The notes under the pieces were generated by a model. It did not search any database, was not told the DNA's origin, and worked only from the letters and a program-made list of their open reading frames with translations. The translations under genes were made by a program, and so were the position numbers. This document shows, in pieces, positions 16,539 through 24,151 of a DNA stretch of 24,151 nucleotides; position 1 is the first letter of the stretch, and each line of letters starts with the position of its first letter. The stretch comes from a virus (lineage: Duplodnaviria > Caudoviricetes). The stretch covers positions 1 through 24,151 of the IMG/VR virus record IMGVR_UViG_3300002098_000157. One strand, given 5' to 3'.

Positions 16539-19193
16539 ATGGGCATTCAAGTCGTATATACCAATTCGTCCTCCAATACGGAGAGTCAACTGCGCACGCA
16601 GACCTCACAGCGTTCAGGAGCTTATGACCCCGTTGATAAGCTGCGCGTCTCGACACCGCAAGCCTTGATCGACACCGACTTTGAGTACGGCACCCAGCCG
16701 ACCAAGTGGGAAAGTATTGCGCTCCAGCAAAATCGCCAGAGTGTGTATTACATCCCCCAATCCCCAATCACAATTGACAACTCGACCAACACCAAAGGAA
16801 TCCAAGGTGCTGGAACTACGTCTGTTGTAATTTTCATGGCCAGCACCGCAGGTATTTCTGTTGGTACGCCCATGTACATCCAAAATGCCACAGACCCCAA
16901 TGCCAATGGCTGGTGGTATGCCACTGCGGTAAGCACCAACGTCAGCGTAACTGTGACCACCACCAACGTGGTTGCAAGCGGCAATCAATTTAATCCGGGC
17001 TACACCTATGTGTATTCTGGCTATTTCTACTCCAATTGCGGTATCAACCTTGGCTCCAACGCCTTCACGGTCACCAGCGCCACTACGATCACCGTAACGA
17101 CCGCTACGCCGCATGGATTGAGCGCAGGCAGCTACATCTATGTGGTAGGCCTTGGAGGCTCTCCTGTCAACGTGATGGGCGCTTTTACGGTCACCACGGT
17201 GCCAACGTCCAATACCTTTACCTATACCACCTCTGGAGCCTCTGGCACGCCCACCAACTCGGCTGGCAACGTCAACTTGTACGCCCGGCCCTCTGGCTAC
17301 GTTGAATCTCGTCCGTTTGACGGCGGCGTGGCCTTCTCAGCAGGTGCCGTGGTGCCCAACCAGCAACTGATCCGTCAGACTCGCCGCTACTTCCGCTACC
17401 AGTCGGGCAAGGGCATCCAGTTCTCGACCGGCACTTGCCTGAAGCCAGCCATCTTCACAACCTCACTGGCAGCCAGCAGCACTTCAGTCGGCGCTACCAT
17501 CACGGTCACCACTCGTTACGCCCACAATCTGGCAGTTGGTACTGTGATTCAAGTAGCTGGCGTGAATGAAACAGGCTACAACGGCAATTACACAATCGCC
17601 ACAGTTCCTACGCCCACCACGCTGACCTACACCGCCACCACGGCGCCATCCTCCACAACGGCAACCGGCATTCAGATCAAGGTGTCGCCGCTCAGTTGGT
17701 ACGGCTCGACCAACCGGATTGGCTTCTTCGACCAGCAGAACGGCATGTTCTTTGAGTTTGATGGCCAAACCCTGTATGCCGTGTGGCGCAGCAGCACGAC
17801 CCAGTTGAACGGCACCGTGGCCGTCACCAATGGCTCTGGCTTGGTCACCGGCACAGGCACCCAGTTTGCAACCCAACTCACTCCGGGTGACTACATCGTA
17901 ATTCGTGGTCAGTCCTACAAGGTGGTCAACATCGCCAGCAACACGTCCATGTACATCTCCCCAGAGTACCGTGGTGCCACGCTGAACACGACCAACACGC
18001 CCAATGCGGGCTACATCGTGTCCAAGACGATTGACGTGCGCGTGCCTCAGTCGCAATGGTTTGACCCATGCAACGGTACTGGCCCGTCGGGATACAACCT
18101 TGATCTGACCAAGATGCAGATGTTCTATATCGACTACTCGTGGTACGGCGCTGGCGTGATCCGCTGGGGCTTCCGTACTACGGGCGGCGCAATCATTTAC
18201 GTTTATGCGCAGCAGAACAACAACATCCAGACCGAGGCCTACATGCGTTCGGGCAACATGGCTGCTCACTATGAGTCGAATCAGCAAAACCCAGTTACTT
18301 ACCTGACTGCTGACTTGGCTTCTGGCACAACGGCCTCTATGAGCGTTGGTGACACCAGCTTATTTGCGCCATCAGGCACAGCCAAGGTGACGGCGGCATC
18401 TGCTACTGGCGCAATTGAGTACATCACCTACACAGGTAAAACATCAACCACATTGACAGGGTTGACTCGTGGCGCAACTGGTGGCTCTGCTGCAACCACG
18501 TTCACATATTCCGCTACAGCACCAATTGCTGTGGAATATTCGGCTCCTGACTCTGCGCCTTCGTTGTCCCATTGGGGCTCGTCGGCGATCATGGATGGTC
18601 GTTTTGATGATGACAAATCGTTGATCTTCAACTACGGAAGCCCTGCCAAGCTGACGACAACTACCAGCACCACGCAGTTGACGCCTGTTTTGGCTATTCG
18701 CATTGCTCCTTCGGTGGACAACGGCACGACTGGACTGATGGGTCTCAAGGAAACAATCAACCGCATGCAATTGCAGTTCGTTGAACTTGGTATCTATGCA
18801 ACTGGCCCGCTGCTGGTGAACTTGGTGCTCAATGGCTACTCCAGCGGTGCATTTAGCTCCTCGTTCCAGTCTCCTGTGACAAGCGGTGCAGGTGCTGTTA
18901 CATCGTCTTTGGCGCAAGTGGCTACCAACATTACCAACTCCATCTCCATCACTGGCGGTGAGTCGGTTGCTGCGGCGTTCACCAACACCAACGGCCAGAC
19001 CACTTTGGATTTGACTCAGGTGCGTGACTTGGGCAATTCAATCTTGGGTGGCGGGACAAGCATCTCTATCCCCACAAGCCAAGCCAATTTCTACCCAGAT
19101 GGCCCAGACATCTTGTACGTTTGCGTGACGCCGTTAACGGCCACCGCAATCGACGTATTTGCCCGTCTGTCTTGGAAAGAAGCGCAGGCCTAA
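16539..19193 (+). CDS. large virion structural protein with several inserted beta-rich (FCCH-like) modules, 884 aa
   Basis: DKLRVSTPQALID N-terminus, RQTRRYFRYQSGKG and IDYSWYGAG core motifs, and repeated TITVTT...H.L..G modules. Confidence 0.85.
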   Translation: MGIQVVYTNSSSNTESQLRTQTSQRSGAYDPVDKLRVSTPQALIDTDFEYGTQPTKWESIALQQNRQSVYYIPQSPITIDNSTNTKGIQGAGTTSVVIFMASTAGISVGTPMYIQNATDPNANGWWYATAVSTNVSVTVTTTNVVASGNQFNPGYTYVYSGYFYSNCGINLGSNAFTVTSATTITVTTATPHGLSAGSYIYVVGLGGSPVNVMGAFTVTTVPTSNTFTYTTSGASGTPTNSAGNVNLYARPSGYVESRPFDGGVAFSAGAVVPNQQLIRQTRRYFRYQSGKGIQFSTGTCLKPAIFTTSLAASSTSVGATITVTTRYAHNLAVGTVIQVAGVNETGYNGNYTIATVPTPTTLTYTATTAPSSTTATGIQIKVSPLSWYGSTNRIGFFDQQNGMFFEFDGQTLYAVWRSSTTQLNGTVAVTNGSGLVTGTGTQFATQLTPGDYIVIRGQSYKVVNIASNTSMYISPEYRGATLNTTNTPNAGYIVSKTIDVRVPQSQWFDPCNGTGPSGYNLDLTKMQMFYIDYSWYGAGVIRWGFRTTGGAIIYVYAQQNNNIQTEAYMRSGNMAAHYESNQQNPVTYLTADLASGTTASMSVGDTSLFAPSGTAKVTAASATGAIEYITYTGKTSTTLTGLTRGATGGSAATTFTYSATAPIAVEYSAPDSAPSLSHWGSSAIMDGRFDDDKSLIFNYGSPAKLTTTTSTTQLTPVLAIRIAPSVDNGTTGLMGLKETINRMQLQFVELGIYATGPLLVNLVLNGYSSGAFSSSFQSPVTSGAGAVTSSLAQVATNITNSISITGGESVAAAFTNTNGQTTLDLTQVRDLGNSILGGGTSISIPTSQANFYPDGPDILYVCVTPLTATAIDVFARLSWKEAQA

Positions 19194-19194
19194 T

Positions 19195-19704
19195 ATGCCC
19201 AGCAAATCACCAGCCCAACATCGTCTGATGGAAGCAGCCGCCCACACCAAGGGTGGCTTTGGTGGCGTGCCGCAGAGCGTCGGCAAAGAGTTTGTCAAGG
19301 CCGACTCCATGAAGAATGGTGGGCTCTATGCCAACATTCACGCCAAGCAAGAGCGGATTGCGCACGGCTCCAAGGAGAAGATGCGCAAACCCGGCTCCAA
19401 GGGCGCCCCGACCGCTGAGGCCTTCAAGCAGTCAGCAAAGACTGCCAAGATGAAGGAAGGTGGCGTGTCGCTGGCAGTGGGCCGAGGCGAAAAGTTGTCC
19501 ACAAAGGCTGGCGCAGGACTTACCGAAAAGGGTCGTGCCAAGTACAATCGCGAAACAGGATCGCACCTGAAGGCGCCACAACCGCAAGGCGGTGCCCGCA
19601 AGGACTCATTCTGCGCTCGCATGAGTGGTGTGGTGGAGCACTCCAAAGGGGATGCACCTCGCGCTAAGGCTTCATTAAAACGCTGGGATTGCCCCGGCTG
19701 GTAA
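19195..19704 (+). CDS. basic three-module protein, C-terminal part DUF6321-like
   Basis: ATG follows the upstream TAA closely. The C-terminal GLTEKGRAKYN...LKAP...RKDSFCARM...SLKRWDC resembles DUF6321. Modules are separated by MKNGG and MKEGG. Confidence 0.8.
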   Translation: MPSKSPAQHRLMEAAAHTKGGFGGVPQSVGKEFVKADSMKNGGLYANIHAKQERIAHGSKEKMRKPGSKGAPTAEAFKQSAKTAKMKEGGVSLAVGRGEKLSTKAGAGLTEKGRAKYNRETGSHLKAPQPQGGARKDSFCARMSGVVEHSKGDAPRAKASLKRWDCPGW

Positions 19705-19714
19705 AGGAAAAATC

Positions 19715-20314
19715 ATGGGCAGGTCTAATTACACCGGAAACGCAGATTCCTACACTCAAGCCAGCGACCCAGATGCCGCAAGTTCAGTTGATCGTGGCGC
19801 AGCATCACGAGCATTGGCAAAAAAAGCCATGGATGAGGCTGATGCAGTGCGCAATTTGCAAATTTCAACTGGCCCAAATTATGGCGATGACATTCGCAAT
19901 TCCAAGTCAGATGCTAGTCCGTATGAGGATGAACCCAATGATCCAATGGAAGCAGCAAATATGCGTGCAGATTTGTCGCCTGTTGGCCCACGCGCCATGC
20001 CGACACGCCCCGGTCAAAACGCCAATGCCTCAGTAGCGCGGCCAGTGACTGCTTCACAGATGTTGAGCCGTCCTCGTCGCCCTGACCAACAGCGTGCAGA
20101 TGCGGCAGCGGCTGATCAAGCCGTTATTGACCGGATTGCACAACGCATGAACCCAAATCCAAAGCTAGGTTCTTTGCGTGGTACCCGTAATGCCATGATG
20201 GGCATGAAGGATGGCGGTGCGGCGAAGAACTACACTAACAAGGGCGGGAAGATCAACCTTGGCTCTGGACGCATTTCAACTGCTTCCAAAGGCAAAAAGA
20301 ACGCTGGGTGGTAA
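19715..20314 (+). CDS. hypothetical, probably disordered protein, 199 aa
   Basis: AAGGA RBS; rich in Ala/Pro/Asp/Arg; MKDGG motif before a basic tail. Confidence 0.75.
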   Translation: MGRSNYTGNADSYTQASDPDAASSVDRGAASRALAKKAMDEADAVRNLQISTGPNYGDDIRNSKSDASPYEDEPNDPMEAANMRADLSPVGPRAMPTRPGQNANASVARPVTASQMLSRPRRPDQQRADAAAADQAVIDRIAQRMNPNPKLGSLRGTRNAMMGMKDGGAAKNYTNKGGKINLGSGRISTASKGKKNAGW

Positions 20315-20316
20315 AT

Positions 20317-20586
20317 ATGATACGTCACAAAAACATCAGCCCCGGAGTACGCATTGAGTACAACAATGGCAATCTGAATGTTCAGACAAAACATGGCGAT
20401 GACTGGAAAACCCAAAAAAGCTATGACGAGATGTCCAATGGCATGGCGCATACTGAAGCCCAAGGCATGGCCTACCATTTAGCCAGCAAAGATATGTCGC
20501 GTTTTGAAAAACCGCCAGAATTCCGCGACCCGAAGCCCTACAAAAAAGGCGGCGCAGCAAAGAAAAAAACCCATTCTTCTTGGTAA
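20317..20586 (+). CDS. hypothetical protein, 89 aa
   Basis: ATG 2 nt after the upstream stop; small alpha/beta domain followed by YKKGGAAKKK. Confidence 0.75.
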   Translation: MIRHKNISPGVRIEYNNGNLNVQTKHGDDWKTQKSYDEMSNGMAHTEAQGMAYHLASKDMSRFEKPPEFRDPKPYKKGGAAKKKTHSSW

Positions 20587-20592
20587 TCAACT

Positions 20593-21666
20593 ATGGCTTA
20601 CTCAGGCACCGTCGGCACCACCGTAGTCACAGTACAGAACCTCATTGACAATGGGGCTCGACGTGCTGGGAAACTGGCCGAGGAATTGACGGTTGAGCAG
20701 GTGCAAAGCGCCAAGCAGTCGCTTTTCTTCATCCTGAGCAACCTGATCAACCAAGGTATCCAGTATTTTGCCGTCAAGAAGACCGTATACGGCCTCCAGC
20801 CGAACCAATACGAGTACCTGCTGCCCGTGGGTGGCAATGACGTGCTCAACGCCCTTTATCGCTGGATGACGCAGCCTACGGGCACCTATACATCCTCGGC
20901 AGGAGGTACATCGGCCAATGTGGCTGACGACAATACCAGCACCTACTGCCAGCAATCCACGGCCAATGGCAACATCGTGGTCGATTACGGCTCCACGCAA
21001 ACCCAGTACATCGGCTCGATTGGCCTGATGCCCTACATCGCAGGCGGCGGCTCGGCCACATGGAGCTACCGCTACCAGTCATCGTCCGATGGAACGAACT
21101 GGACGACCCTGTACACCGCTACGGGCATCACAGTGACCGACGGCCAATGGATATGGCAGGACATTGATCCGGGCGCCAACGTGCAGTATTACCGCATCCA
21201 AGCCTTTGGCGGCACCACGCTGGCCATCCGCGAGTGGTACCTAGGCGTGAACTCGACCGAGATCACCATGGCGCGATTAAATCGCGATGACTACACCAAC
21301 TTGCCAAACAAGAACTTCACGGCCAACCAGCCATTCCAGTTCTGGCTCAACCGCACCATCCCTCAGGCCACCATCACACTGTGGCCTACGCCCCAGAGCG
21401 CCTTCTACCAGATGACAGTGTGGTACTCCAGCCAAATTCAGGACGTGGGCGCCCTGAGCGGGCAATTGGCCATCCCTGATCGTTGGCTGCTGGCCATCCA
21501 GAGCATGCTGGCTCACCAGATGAGCTTGGAGTTGCCTGCCGTGGACTTAACGCGCATCCAGTATCTGGAAGGCCAAGCCGAGAAATACTTCATCATGGCC
21601 GAACAAGAGGAGCGCGACAAGTCGCCCATTTTCTTTTCGCCAAATATTTCCGTATATACACGGTGA
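20593..21666 (+). CDS. putative head-tail adaptor / tail tubular-like protein with inserted discoidin-like domain
   Basis: N-terminal LID.GARRAG...SAKQSL..IL..L.NQG and C-terminal Y.NLPNK...P.QFW...ITLWPTP are adaptor-like. The middle ADDNTSTY...SSDGTNWTTL...YYRI is F5/8C-like. Confidence 0.72.
   Translation: MAYSGTVGTTVVTVQNLIDNGARRAGKLAEELTVEQVQSAKQSLFFILSNLINQGIQYFAVKKTVYGLQPNQYEYLLPVGGNDVLNALYRWMTQPTGTYTSSAGGTSANVADDNTSTYCQQSTANGNIVVDYGSTQTQYIGSIGLMPYIAGGGSATWSYRYQSSSDGTNWTTLYTATGITVTDGQWIWQDIDPGANVQYYRIQAFGGTTLAIREWYLGVNSTEITMARLNRDDYTNLPNKNFTANQPFQFWLNRTIPQATITLWPTPQSAFYQMTVWYSSQIQDVGALSGQLAIPDRWLLAIQSMLAHQMSLELPAVDLTRIQYLEGQAEKYFIMAEQEERDKSPIFFSPNISVYTR
21272..21286. repeat. interrupted palindrome, copy 3 (intragenic)
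   Basis: Exact 15-mer spanning codons gCG CGA TTA AAT CGC Gat (ARLNRD). Confidence 0.9.
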
Positions 21667-21669
21667 TGT

Positions 21670-21963
21670 ATGCCTAGATTTTTAGACACTACCGGGAATG
21701 CGTCGATTGCAATCTTCATTTGCGACCGCTGCAAGATGAAGCGCCCCATCGTTCAAGCCATGCCTGACCCCAACTTTCCGGGGCTCAAAGTGTGCCAAGA
21801 AGGATGCGCGGATGAGAAAGACCCATACCGTCTTCCCGCTCGCAAAACCGAGAAGATTACCCTACAATACCCCCGTCCAGATCAGCCTTTGAATGATCTA
21901 ACAACACCGTCATACCCCTATGGCGGTTATGTGGACGGCTACATCCCTGATCCGGGTCGTTGA
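21670..21963 (+). CDS. small Cys-containing protein (putative Zn-binding), 97 aa
   Basis: CDRC...LKVCQEGC.D.KDP...PRPD pattern; follows the adaptor-like gene. Confidence 0.85.
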   Translation: MPRFLDTTGNASIAIFICDRCKMKRPIVQAMPDPNFPGLKVCQEGCADEKDPYRLPARKTEKITLQYPRPDQPLNDLTTPSYPYGGYVDGYIPDPGR

Positions 21964-21971
21964 GGTAAAAC

Positions 21972-23549
21972 ATGGCAGCAACAAACTACACCCCCATATC
22001 GCTGTATTACAGCATTACGCCCGGAGCAGCGCCGTCCAATTCCCTTTTGGTTAATGGCGAGTTGGGGTTAAACATTGCCGACATGAAACTATACGCCAAG
22101 AATAGTTCTGGCGTAACAACTTTGTTGGCATCTTCGGCTAGTGCCACGGCCACCGTATCAAGTGTGGCAGTATCTGGTGGTACAACGGGTTTAACAACCT
22201 CTGGCGGGCCAATAACCACCTCGGGCACCATTACCTTTGCTGGGACGCTGATCGCGGCAAATGGCGGCACTGGGTTCGCTTCGTATACCACTGGCGACAT
22301 GTTGTACGCCTCGGGCTCAACCACGATCAGCAAACTGGCGTTGGGCACTACCAATTACGTCTTGACCGCTGGAGCTTCTGGCCCGCAGTATGTGGCCCAG
22401 AGCACCTTGTCGGTAGGATCAGCAACTACCGCAGGTTCAGCAACCACAGCGGGATCGGCCACAACAGCAACAACCGCAACTAACATTGCCGGTGGTTCTG
22501 CTAATCAAATTCATTACCAAACTGGTGCTGGGGCAACGAGCTTTGTAGCTGCACCTAGTACGGCTGGTTACGTTTTGGGGTGGACAGGATCAGCATTTGC
22601 GTGGGTAAACGCTCCTTCAGCCACATCTGCTACCAACATTGCAGGGGGTGCAACCGGCGATTTGCTATACCAATCGGGATCAGGTGCTACAACATTCTTG
22701 TCCGATGTTGCCACAGGCAACGCCCTCATATCTGGAGGTATTGGCGTAGCGCCGAGCTATGGAAAGATTGGCTTGACTACTCACGTTAGTGGTGTCTTGC
22801 CCACAGCAAATGGTGGAACTAACCTTTCGTCTTTTACATCTGGTGGCGCTGTTTACGCCACATCCACTTCTGCGCTAACAACTGGCACTTTACCTTCTGC
22901 GTCGGGCGGTACTGGATTAACATCTTTTACCGCCAACGGAATTGTTTACGCATCCTCTACAAGTGCGCTTGCAACAGGTTCTTTATTGTCTTTTGATGGC
23001 ACCACTTTAAGTAGCGGCGCCCATACATTGTCTACTGGCAATTTGACTTTTAACGGAGCTACTCAAAAAATTGTTGGTGACTTTACCAATGCCACCGTTT
23101 CCAGCAGAACAAATTTTCAAACTAGCACGGCAAATTCTGCTACGGGTGTTTATGCGTTACCAAGCGGAACCGGAACTGCGGCGTCTTGGCAAGCATCAAA
23201 TGCTGCTGACCCCACAAATGCGAGCAAAATCCTAATTGCCACCAACGGAACTACGGATGTTCAATTGGTTTCCGGTATTAATGGCATTGGTACATACCTT
23301 CCGTTGTCTATTTGGAATGGTGGCGCGGGGCGTTTTGTAATTGGAACTTCTGGGGAATTTGGTATTGGCCCAACCGCTTCAGTTAACTACGGAACTACAG
23401 GCCAAGTTTTGACTTCAAGCGGTGCAGGTGCTGCCCCAACTTGGGTCTCGGCTGCGTCTGGTGGCGCACAAGCCTTTATAACGCAATCTACGGGCGGAAA
23501 TCAACCCCCCGGAGCCTACAATCCATCCGATGCCTTTGCTTTAATTTAA
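21972..23549 (+). CDS. tail fibre-like protein, 525 aa
   Basis: N-terminal GELGLNIADMKLYAK anchoring motif, repeated xxGGT / GD.LY units, GTTGQVLTSSG.GAAPTW motif; rich in Thr/Ala/Gly/Ser. Confidence 0.85.
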   Translation: MAATNYTPISLYYSITPGAAPSNSLLVNGELGLNIADMKLYAKNSSGVTTLLASSASATATVSSVAVSGGTTGLTTSGGPITTSGTITFAGTLIAANGGTGFASYTTGDMLYASGSTTISKLALGTTNYVLTAGASGPQYVAQSTLSVGSATTAGSATTAGSATTATTATNIAGGSANQIHYQTGAGATSFVAAPSTAGYVLGWTGSAFAWVNAPSATSATNIAGGATGDLLYQSGSGATTFLSDVATGNALISGGIGVAPSYGKIGLTTHVSGVLPTANGGTNLSSFTSGGAVYATSTSALTTGTLPSASGGTGLTSFTANGIVYASSTSALATGSLLSFDGTTLSSGAHTLSTGNLTFNGATQKIVGDFTNATVSSRTNFQTSTANSATGVYALPSGTGTAASWQASNAADPTNASKILIATNGTTDVQLVSGINGIGTYLPLSIWNGGAGRFVIGTSGEFGIGPTASVNYGTTGQVLTSSGAGAAPTWVSAASGGAQAFITQSTGGNQPPGAYNPSDAFALI

Positions 23550-23558
23550 GGAGAAATT

Positions 23559-23960
23559 ATGTCCACCTCTGCGCAATATGCGTCAACACCAAAAGTTGGT
23601 ATTGCCCTTTTAACAACTGCTGATACGTCTTTGACGGCGCCTTCTACGGTGGGCACTGTGCTTACTGCTGGCGCGTCTGGCAGTCGCATTGACTACATTG
23701 AGATCATGGGGGTGGCCACCACGGCTGCAGGTTTGATCAACCTGTTTATCTACGACGGCACTACCTACACCCTTTGGCAGCAGATTCCTGTTTATGCCAT
23801 AACCACTAGCACAACAACGCCGTCTTTTACGGCCAACTTGGCTAGTAACAGTAACGCGAACATCATGCCATTGACTCTCCCCACAGGGTATTCGTTGCGG
23901 GCGACTACAACTACTACGCAAACCGGCGTCAAAGTAATTGCTTATGGAGGTGACTTCTAA
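23559..23960 (+). CDS. tail-fibre-associated beta-rich protein, 133 aa
   Basis: AAGGAG RBS; TAGASGSRID.I...LPTGYSLRA...GGDF pattern. Confidence 0.8.
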   Translation: MSTSAQYASTPKVGIALLTTADTSLTAPSTVGTVLTAGASGSRIDYIEIMGVATTAAGLINLFIYDGTTYTLWQQIPVYAITTSTTTPSFTANLASNSNANIMPLTLPTGYSLRATTTTTQTGVKVIAYGGDF

Positions 23961-24151
23961 TGAACAAGGGAATGTATGGCTTTGGGTTGCCGCCTAACCA
24001 AGCAACTCGTATCCAGCCACCGCGCTGGGCGAACTACAAACTTATTACCGCAACCACGTCCAGCGAGCGCGTGCCGCAGAACGTCTACCAAATGGGTGTT
24101 GCGGTTTGGGGTGGCGGTGGCGCAGGCAGCTCGAACGGCTCGAGCGTTTCC
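23960..24151 (+). CDS. 5' part of a glycine-rich-domain tail protein (partial)
   Basis: TAATG coupling with GGAGG RBS; open to the window edge; VPQNVYQMGVAVWGGGGAG motif typical of phage Gly-rich domains. Confidence 0.75.
   Translation, partial: MNKGMYGFGLPPNQATRIQPPRWANYKLITATTSSERVPQNVYQMGVAVWGGGGAGSSNGSSVS

Noticed and set aside
16539-19193. FCCH-like modules as evidence of a ubiquitin-activating enzyme acting on GG ends
   Set aside because: Such beta modules are common in phage structural proteins, and I see no ThiF/E1 adenylation domain.
21972-23549. Many xxGG strings (AANGG, TANGG, SASGG) in the tail fibre, plus DAPGG in portal and IKQGG at about 6520
   Set aside because: These are structural GGT fibre repeats or have a different first residue and context, so they were not treated as the punctuation motif.
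1-24151. tRNA, rRNA, integrase, transposase, intron/intein or recoded stop codons
   Set aside because: None recognised. Genes tile the + strand with standard-code ORFs, and terL, portal and MCP appear uninterrupted.

Overview
This window is the packaging and morphogenesis region of a tailed dsDNA phage, most likely podovirus-like, with all credible genes on the + strand. The order is: small accessory ORFs including a DUF3310-like gene, terS-like, terL, two large modular proteins placed between terL and portal (one with PcfJ-like and ADP-ribosyltransferase-like segments), portal, two tiny ORFs, a GroES-like co-chaperonin, scaffold, two head-associated ORFs, major capsid protein, beta-rich structural proteins, a cluster of basic Lys/Gly-rich proteins, a head-tail adaptor-like gene and tail-fibre genes running off the right edge. 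Two unexplained signals stand out. (1) A pentapeptide [MFYKHLR]-[AK]-x-G-G occurs 22 times in 7 unrelated ORFs, usually at module or repeat boundaries, which suggests a diglycine-punctuated polyprotein or virion-cargo system. (2) An identical 15-bp interrupted palindrome, CGCGATTAAATCGCG, occurs three times, once directly upstream of a sigma70-like promoter and once inside a CDS. Family assignments come from motif recognition by eye, not from database searches.
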